From the NCBI GenBank assembly GCA_951406725.2, contig OX597815.1, positions 14,508,001-14,572,000 of the forward strand: 64,000 bases of DNA. Direction: 5' to 3'. The translations under genes were made by a program, and so were the position numbers. The notes under the pieces were generated by a model. That model did no database searches. It was not told the origin of the DNA and saw only the letters and a list, made by a program, of their open reading frames with translations. The stretch is from Octopus vulgaris. Lineage: Eukaryota. Position 1 is the first letter of the stretch. The number at the start of each line of letters is the position of its first letter. Of this stretch, positions 56,185-64,000 are shown in pieces.

Positions 56185-57616
56185 ATCAAAACAAGCAGCA
56201 AGGATATCCAGAGGTAATGCAGTACGATCGTTTCATGCAACTCCATTTAATTGAACAATGCAATCATTACATCAACTTAAAATGCAGCTGAGGATTTAAG
56301 TGCTATAAGTATCCGCAAGTAGACATGAATACCCATCATTCAGCTCTCCAGTGCTTGACCCAGCGAAACATTCGGGATGTGACACCTGAAGGGAAGCTGG
56401 CTTCACCAGCACTCGGCTGAAACTCCTATCAAAGGAGTAGATCAGAGCAATCTCAAACGAAGCCCCATGCTCAGGAACAGAATGCGCTGTCCGATCCAGG
56501 AATCGAAACGAAGAGTTCATAATCATGAGCTTCACACACTGATTACTAACCTGAAGCAGAAAAAAGAAAATAAGATAAATAGCGTTTAACATGACAATTG
56601 ACAATGTGTCTGTAACTCACTTTAACACTTCTACTGAACTTATTGTACCGTATTTAGTTCTCCTCATGTCTCTTTTTACACTTATATCTGCTTACCTTAG
56701 ACAGACTCGAAGAAAAGTTTCCCTTTTTTTTATTCACTATTCTGGGTTACATCTGGATCTTTTTGCGTAATGTCGACAAATATTGACGCTTATGGATGTA
56801 AATATATACGGCTGCCTTCTGCGTAGATTTCCTGCAATAAATTCCACTAAAACTATGCTATACTCACTTACACTTGCCCAATTTAATTATATTTAGTAGA
56901 TTCACGCTCGGAACTATATGATTAGAAAATGAACCACTTTACAATATAATCAAATCTACCTTTGCTTAGCATTTACAACGGTAGTCAAAAGCTGCTTCCA
57001 CAGCTTTTCTATTATTTAGAGTTATAATATATAACTTTATTTGGTGGGTTGTTCAATGTCATAGAGGCATTCAAGTTTTGCAAGTTTAAGCTACAGCTAA
57101 CAGGTTACGCCACTCTTCAGGGCTACCCTTTAATGTCTGCGTGTGTGTAGTGGGTATGCATGTTGGCATGCGCGCGCTTTAAATTGAGCTGATAGTATTT
57201 CAGATTTTAACTTTAAAAGGTAAGAATTTTATTGAATATTATAGTTATAGATTATCGACTAAGTAAATTAGAACCGTTCTATAGGTCGTCCTTATATACA
57301 TCCACATGTGTGTGTGTGTGTGTGTGTATACATGAATATGTACTATATAGATATAAATATGCATGCATGTATATGCACACAAACACACATGCATACACAT
57401 ACACACGCATACATACATATACACATAAATACATACATACATATGTACATACATACACTTGCGTCGGAAATTAATTAGCACTTCTCAAATTTCTACATTT
57501 TCTTACATTTTCTTAATTTAATTAACTTATTATCAGAAACAAACTCGTTTTTAATCAAAAATTTATTAAAACATATCCCAGCACACCACATAATTGTTAT
57601 TAATCGTGAAATTTAG

Positions 57617-58614
57617 TCAATATCTTGTTGCTCCTCCTTTGGCAGCAATGACAGCTGCTACGCGGGTCGGCATGCTGTCTATGAGTGCCTGCAGGTACTG
57701 TGCAGGGATGGCCCTCCATGCAGCAAGAAGTGCCCCAAACAGCTCGTGTCGGTTCCTGTATTGCTGCACATTCAAATCCCTACCCAATCGACTCCAGAGG
57801 TTCTCAATAGGGTTCAGGTCAGGTGACTGGCCAGGCCAGTCCATGACCGTCACCTCATGGTCCTTGAAGAAACCGGTTGTGAGCTTGGCTGTGTGGGAAG
57901 GCGCGTTGTCCTGCTGGAGCACGTACTCCTCGCCACCAAAGAGGTATCCCGTACTATCTCAACGTACTTTGCTGCGTTGATGTTGCCTTCGACGGCATAG
58001 AGCCGCCCAACACCACTGTAGCTGAACGCCCCTCACACCATCAGACCACCCCCACCATGCTTCATGGTGGGAGCAATGCAGTCTTTGTTGAAGCGCTCAC
58101 CCCTGCGGCGTCGCACATGGACAGGCTTGTCACTGACGAGACTGTATCGCGACTCGTCAGTGAACATCACTGTCCGCCACTGCTGCACGGTCCATATCTT
58201 GTGGGCACGGGCCCAGAGCAGCCGCCTCTTCCGGTTTTGGGCTGTAAGGAGCGGCTTACGGGCGGCCCTACAGGATTTTAGACCAGCTTCCAGTAATCTG
58301 GTCTTGACGGTGGTTGTAGACAACTGCTTCCCTGTCATCTTTTGCATCTCCTCCGCCAGTTGCCGGCTCGTTGCCCTTCGGTTGTACAGTGACTTTCGGA
58401 TCAGCATCCGGTCCTCCCGTTGGGTCGTCAGCCTCTTCCGTCCCCTACCCTTTTTGTCAGCTGCTGATCCGGTTTCCTCGTATTTCTTAAATAAGCACTG
58501 AATTGTGCGCCTGGCTACACCACGTTTTCTGGCTATTGCAGCCTCCGACAGCTTCCCACGCCACGAGAGAGCCTCGTACCGTCTCTCCAAGGTCATGTGA
58601 GGTCTTGGGCCCAT
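57617..58614 (-). pseudogene. Tc1 transposase with one nonsense change and one frameshifting deletion
   Basis: GRGRK, RKPLL, FTDESR, KHGGG.LMV*(W)G, QQDNAPSH-34 aa-E (SPDLNPIENLW), KGGATRY. TGA in place of the expected TGG at 58033-58035; frameshift at about 57947. Confidence 0.93.
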
Positions 58615-58773
58615 CTAGGAATGAACGATAAAAACCAGTTATTTTCATTAAAACTATTCATTTGAATAATGTTATGCTATAACAAAACTGCTATGAGTTA
58701 TTATTCATGAAACAAAAAAGAAAGAAAGCAGAATTTCTCACCTTATTTGATGTATAACAGAAAGTTTTGTGAA

Positions 58774-58789
58774 CCGGAAGTGACGTCAC
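58774..58789. promoter_or_regulatory. Overlapping ETS-CRE motif upstream of the transposase
   Basis: CCGGAAGTGACGTCAC. Confidence 0.45.
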
Positions 58790-59569
58790 CAAGCAGAGTG
58801 TAGGAGAATTTGTGAGGAAAAAAAATCTTGCAAATACACAAATCAATTAACCTACAAGCTGTTCAAAACATCTTACGCGATGAGAAAACTTAGTACGGTG
58901 TGATTTCGGTCCTTGCGAGGCGCTACCTATATCTATTAAACAAAGGAAGATTTGTCTGCATCCGCACTCCAAGTTGTTGTTGCACTGCTATGTCAACATC
59001 ATTAGGCTGTAGACTCTCAAACCGCTCTGCAAACAAAGTTACGTCATCGTTCTGCGGAACAGTGAACTCGCAACAAAGCAATAGTTCGAGATATGGCCAC
59101 TAGGTGACAGCAAATACCTTGAGTGAAGAGCAAATCAAGGGTGCTAATTAATTTCTGACGGTAGTGTACATACATAAATACATGCACACACACACGCATA
59201 CATACATACATACGTACGTACGTACATACATACATACATACATACATACATACATACATACATACATACATACATACATACATACATACATACAAAATTT
59301 ACGAGCAACGTTAAAAAGCAAAATTATACAACTTGTGTAAATGATGTGGCAACCCACGATGACACATCGGAGATTTACCATGGAGTCTGCAGAACACGTT
59401 GATAAGTCAGAGGAATAAATGCGTACGCGGCCAATTGATATAGCGAACGCTATAGATGACAGAATCATTAAAACGTCGAACTAAACACTTTACAGGAGTC
59501 AGTTACCATCTCACTTGCCTGGGGTTAAAATTCAATGACTGACTTTAACTGACCTGGATTGGTTTAGAC

Positions 59570-59791
59570 CAGTGCTTTTCAAACTTTTTGCTGGAGCGGA
59601 ACCCCAAGGAAACATTCCACTGGCTCGAGGAACCCCTGTGCACATACATTTACATAGTCTTATGCACACATATCTGCACAGGAGAATTAAAAATCACTGC
59701 TGATTTTAGCAGTTTTGTAACTTCTTGCGGAACCCCTGGACTGTACTGGCGGAACCCTAAGGTTCCGCGGAACCCTGGTTGTAAACCACTG
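59570..59791. mobile_element. hAT (Charlie-like) MITE
   Basis: CAGTG..TTCAAAC / GTTGTAAACCACTG ends; 8-bp TSD GTTTAGAC; repeated GGAACCC subterminal motifs. Confidence 0.88.
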
Positions 59792-60145
59792 GTTTAGACT
59801 ATTGGGTTTGTTCAGTAGAGTCACTTTTGTAAACAATCGGGCATGACCACGTAATTTATTCCACCTTTTTTTTTATCTTTTTGCCTCACTATTTTCCGTA
59901 GCCCTGCAAAATGTCATGTGCGGTGGTTTTGTAACACTGACAAAGATATAAATTAAAAAGAAAGAACGAAAAATCTGGCCGAGTCCATACTACCTTATCT
60001 TTCTAATTCAACGGTTTTAGGTTTTTTTTCCAAGGGAAATAACTCTCAAGCTAAATGAAGAGTTTATTCCCTTGTTTTTAACAAACAGCCGTTTGAGTTG
60101 CTGTTGTTTTTATTGCTGTAAATGGAACGTGTGAGACTTAAGATT

Positions 60146-60290
60146 GAAGAAGAAGAAGAAGAAGAAGAAGAAGAAGAAGAAGAAGAAGAAGAAGAAGAAG
60201 AAGAAGAAGAAGAAGAAGAAGAAGAAGAAGAAGAAGAAGAAGAAGAAGAAGAAGAAGAAGAAGGAAGAGGAGGAAGAAGAAGAAGAAGAA
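60146..60290. repeat. (GAA)n microsatellite
   Basis: Direct reading. Confidence 0.97.
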
Positions 60291-60800
60291 GCTTGGAGCA
60301 CGATGGTGAGGTGAAGACAGTGAGCGGAGGAAGATGTTGCTTACAATGGTGAAGAAAGTGATGATGATGCTGATGATGGTGAAGACGATGACGACGACGA
60401 CGACGATGACGATGATGATGACGACATGAAATGAGGCGGTGTATGGGTCGAAGTAGTCAACGGCGGTGTGTCTACAGTGTCGTTCTTTCAAAATCACACC
60501 TTTCAGACTTATAAATGATAAAGACACATTGGTCCTGGAAGCATACTGTCAGTAGAAACACGGGGCAATCACAGCTGTCATGGTTTTTGATCATGAGTCT
60601 GTACCGTATCTTCAATAATAGCTGTTACAGAGATGAATGTAGTGGTTGAGCTTCTAAGCAGACGGTGAGCGCAAAGTTCAGGGCAAAGATCAAAATCGGT
60701 TTAGTTTTGACAAGCTAGACAGGTCTTATATTCCCTGAGGTAGGGTAATGTAAAGCTTAAATTTCATCAAATGGAATAATAGTATAAACATAATAAAATA

Positions 60801-62010
60801 CCTATTTTTTTACTACCCACAAGGGGCTAAACACAGAGAAGACAAACAAGAACAGACAAACAGATTAAGTCGATTACATCGACCCAAGTGCGTAACTGGT
60901 ACTTAATTTATCGAAACCCGAAAGGATGAAAGGCAAAGTCGACCTCGGCGGAATTTGAACTCAGAACGTACCGGCAGGCGAAATACCTATTTCTTTACTA
61001 CCCACAAGGGGCTAAACACAGAGGGGACAAACAAGGACAGACGGATGGATTAAGTCGATTACATCGACACCAGTGAGTAACTGGTACTTAATTTATCGAC
61101 CCCGAAAGGATGAAAGGCAAAGTCGACCTCGGCGGAATTTGAACTCAGAACGTAACGGCAGGAGAAATACCTATTTCTTTACTACTCACAAGGAGCTAAA
61201 CACAGAGAAGACAAACAAGAACAGACAAACGGATTAAGTCGATTTCTTCGACCCCAGTGCGTAACTGGTACTTTATTTATCGACCCCGAGAGGATGAGGG
61301 GACAAACAAGGACAGACGAATGGATTAAGTCGATTACATCGACACCAGTGAGTAACTGGTACTTAATTTATCGACCCCGAAAGGATGAAAGGCAAAGTCG
61401 ACCTCGGCGGAATTTGAACTCAGAACGTAACGGCAGACGAAATACCTTTTTCTTTACAACCCACAAGGGGCTAAACACAGAGAAGACAAACAAGAACAGA
61501 CAAACAGATTAAGTCGATTACATCGACCCAAGTGCGTAACTGGTACTTAATTTATCGAAACCCGAAAGGATGAAAGGCAAAGTCGACCTCGGCGGTATTT
61601 GAACTCAGAACGTACCGGCAGGCGAAATACGCATTTCACCCGACGTGCTAACGATTCTGCCAGCTCACCGTCTTTAACATAATAAACACAGAGGGGACAA
61701 ACAAGGACAGACATAGGTATTAAGTCGATTACATCGACCCCAGTGCGTAACTGGTACTTAATTTATCGACCCTAAAATTGGTAAGGAAGAGGTATTACCA
61801 ATTTAGCTGAAGAGGCTGAATGGTTAGAATTGAAATCAGAACTTAACGGCAGACGAAATACCTATTTCTATTTCTTTATTACCCACAAGGAGCTAAACAC
61901 AGAGCGGACAAACAAGGACAGACATAGGGATTAAGTCGATTACATCGACCCCAGTGCGTAACTGGTACTTAATTTATCGACCCCGAAAGCGATGAAAGGC
62001 AGAGAGTCGA
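60801..62010 (-). mobile_element. SINE family 1 head-to-tail array of about 7 full or partial units
   Basis: Units of about 184 bp joined at GAAATAC|CT (60986, 61170, 61445, 61861). Confidence 0.92.
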
Positions 62011-62220
62011 CAAGGCCGGCCCTTTGAAATACAGGTACAACAGAAACAGGAAGTAAGAGTGGGGAAAGTTGTGGTGAAAGAGTACAGCAGGGATCACCAC
62101 CATCCCCTGCCGGAGCCTCGTGGAGCTTTAGGTGTTTTCGCTCAATAAACACTCATAACGCCCGGTCTGGGAATCGAAACCGCGAGTCCGCTGCCATAAC
62201 CACTGGGCCATTGCGCCTCC
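62011..62220 (-). mobile_element. SINE family 2, 5' half fused to a SINE1 3' half
   Basis: Switch at GAGAGTCGAC|AAGG microhomology. Confidence 0.8.
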
Positions 62221-62528
62221 TAGGTCTATAAAGTACCACCAATGAAGGGAGGTAGATTGGTGATATTGTTATGCGTCGGAAAGATGCTTTGCTGTATATG
62301 TTCTGGTTGTATGCGTTCTATGTTCAAAACCTGATTCGGTCAGCCTCCAATGAAGTGACCTCTTCTAGCTAGACCGATAAAAACCCAAAAAAAAGCACCG
62401 AATGTCTTTATTTAGAGCATTGGATTTAAATACATTGTGCAGACACTTATGATTACTTGACGCTTTGATATAGCAAAATTCTGCAGGTATTCAACTTCTA
62501 TTATTTCGGTGGGGTCTTAAAAGTTTTT

Positions 62529-62913
62529 TGGAAGCACTCCGTCGGTTACGACGACGAGGGTTCCGGTTGATCCGAATCAACGGAACAGCCTGCTCGTGAA
62601 ATTAACGTGTAAGTGGCTGAGCACTCCACAGACACGTGTACCCTTAACGTAGTTCTCGGGGATATTCAGCGTGACACAGAGAGTGACAAGGCCGGCTCCT
62701 TTGAAATACAGGTACAACAGAAACATGAAGTAAGAGTGAGGGAAAGTTGTAGTGAAAGAGTACAGCAGGGATCACCACCATCCCCTGCCGGAGCCTCGTG
62801 GAGTTTTAGGTGTTTTCGCTCAATAAACACTCATAACGCCCGGTCTGGGAATCGAAACCGCGATCCCATGACCGCGAGTCGGCTGCCCTAACCACTGGGC
62901 CATTGCGCCTCCA
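62529..62913 (-). mobile_element. SINE family 2, tail type i
   Basis: Near-identical to 15651-16034. Confidence 0.9.
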
Positions 62914-63060
62914 CGTAACGAAGTACATACTGTGTGACATAGTGCAAGATTTCCAGTGGGCACTGGTAACTCACTGCCTTCACTGGAACACGTAATATTC
63001 ATATCAGCAATTCTGAGAGAGTGCATAACTGCTACAACTAGTGGGTATTATCAACATTAG

Positions 63061-63353
63061 TGGAGGCACATGGCCTAGTGGTTAGAGCAGCGGACTCGCG
63101 GTCGAGGGATGGCGGGTTCGAATCTCAGACCGGGTGATGTGTGTGTTTATGAGCGAAGCACCTACGCGGCTCCGGCAGAAGGTAATGGCGAACCTCTGCT
63201 GACTCTTTCGCAACAACTTTCTCTCACTCTTTCCTCCTGCATCTTGCAGCTCACCTGCGACGGACCGACGTCCCGTCCAGGTGGGGAACCTATACGCCAA
63301 GGAAACCGGGAAACCGGCCCTTATGAGCCACGCATGGCTCGTGAAGGAACAAA
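63061..63353 (+). mobile_element. SINE family 2-related, V-domain-like tail (type iii)
   Basis: tRNA-like head; CCTGCGACGGACCGACGTCCCGTCCAGG; TSD TATTATCAACATT. Confidence 0.8.
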
Positions 63354-64000
63354 CTTATTATCAACATTGATAGAATTTTAAGGAAGTCGGGAAAATATCT
63401 CGTGGTATTTTGATATTTGGTGGAGACTGAAACCATTATTTCAGAGTGTGACAACCCTGCCTGAAATGAGCCCCAGTCTTAGCTGGATCCGGCTAACAAG
63501 TACTTGGTATGGATCCCTATCTAGAGTTACTGATATCCAGAATTGGGTAAATAACATCAGTGCTTTTGTGATACAAAAGCTTGGGAGTAAAATTTGTGAG
63601 AAACCGTCTTTTGGCCATTCTTGCGGTCAAATAGGTCCAGTACTGCTCGTCACTCCTTTGGACCACAACAGTGCGACAAGGAAAGGATTCTGTCTTCTGT
63701 TTTAACCCAGGATCAAGATACACACAATCAAGGATTGCTCTCTAGAGCGGTCACTTCGATGACACTATAAAAAGCGTGACATTCCGTGTTGGGTTACAGC
63801 TCAAATCTCGATTGACCAGTGGTATAAAACACCGTTATTTCTCGTAACAGACCGAGTCAAAGAAGAAAAAAAGGATTAAGTACGATCCTTTACATTACGA
63901 GTTCAAATCCCATTGAGATCAGTTTTGACTCTCATTCTTCTTGGATCCATAAAACAAGCTTCCTGATAAGTTGATTATATTCCTTTAATGCATCCTAAAT

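Larger units (their letters stand above)
57456..59166 (-). mobile_element. Tc1 (DD34E) DNA transposon, near full length
   Basis: 26-bp imperfect TIRs CACTWSCGTCRGAAATTAATTAGCAC; TA TSD at 57454-57455 and 59167-59168; encodes a transposase. Confidence 0.95.

Noticed and set aside
62840-62913. tRNA genes
   Set aside because: The tRNA-like segments are SINE heads that continue into SINE bodies and lack a proper acceptor stem.
63440-63670. Possible RTE LINE 3' remnant (also 32730-32945)
   Set aside because: Motif resemblance is only faint and too decayed to call by eye.

Overview
AT-rich eukaryotic non-coding DNA with no recognisable host protein-coding gene. The SINE families and microsatellite load look like an Octopus (cephalopod) genome, which is an inference. 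The window is a mosaic of microsatellites and transposable elements: three tRNA-derived SINE groups; a near-complete DD34E Tc1 element (57456-59166) and its internal-deletion MITE (18977-19355); decayed pogo-like and mariner transposases; Merlin-like, mariner and hAT MITEs; non-autonomous Helitrons; CR1 and R4-type LINE fragments; three Penelope-like (GIY-YIG) remnants; and a 53-bp minisatellite. Two signals stand out. (1) At least six minimal type-I hammerhead-ribozyme motifs (10414, 30204, 33566, 35652, 41320, 47619), four of them inside short non-coding elements embedded in TA/TACA microsatellites and several with non-canonical cores. (2) Head-to-tail SINE concatemers that join at the same nucleotide at the edge of a hairpin loop. 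Almost all ORFs in the supplied track are microsatellite or SINE artefacts. All alignments and folds were done by eye.
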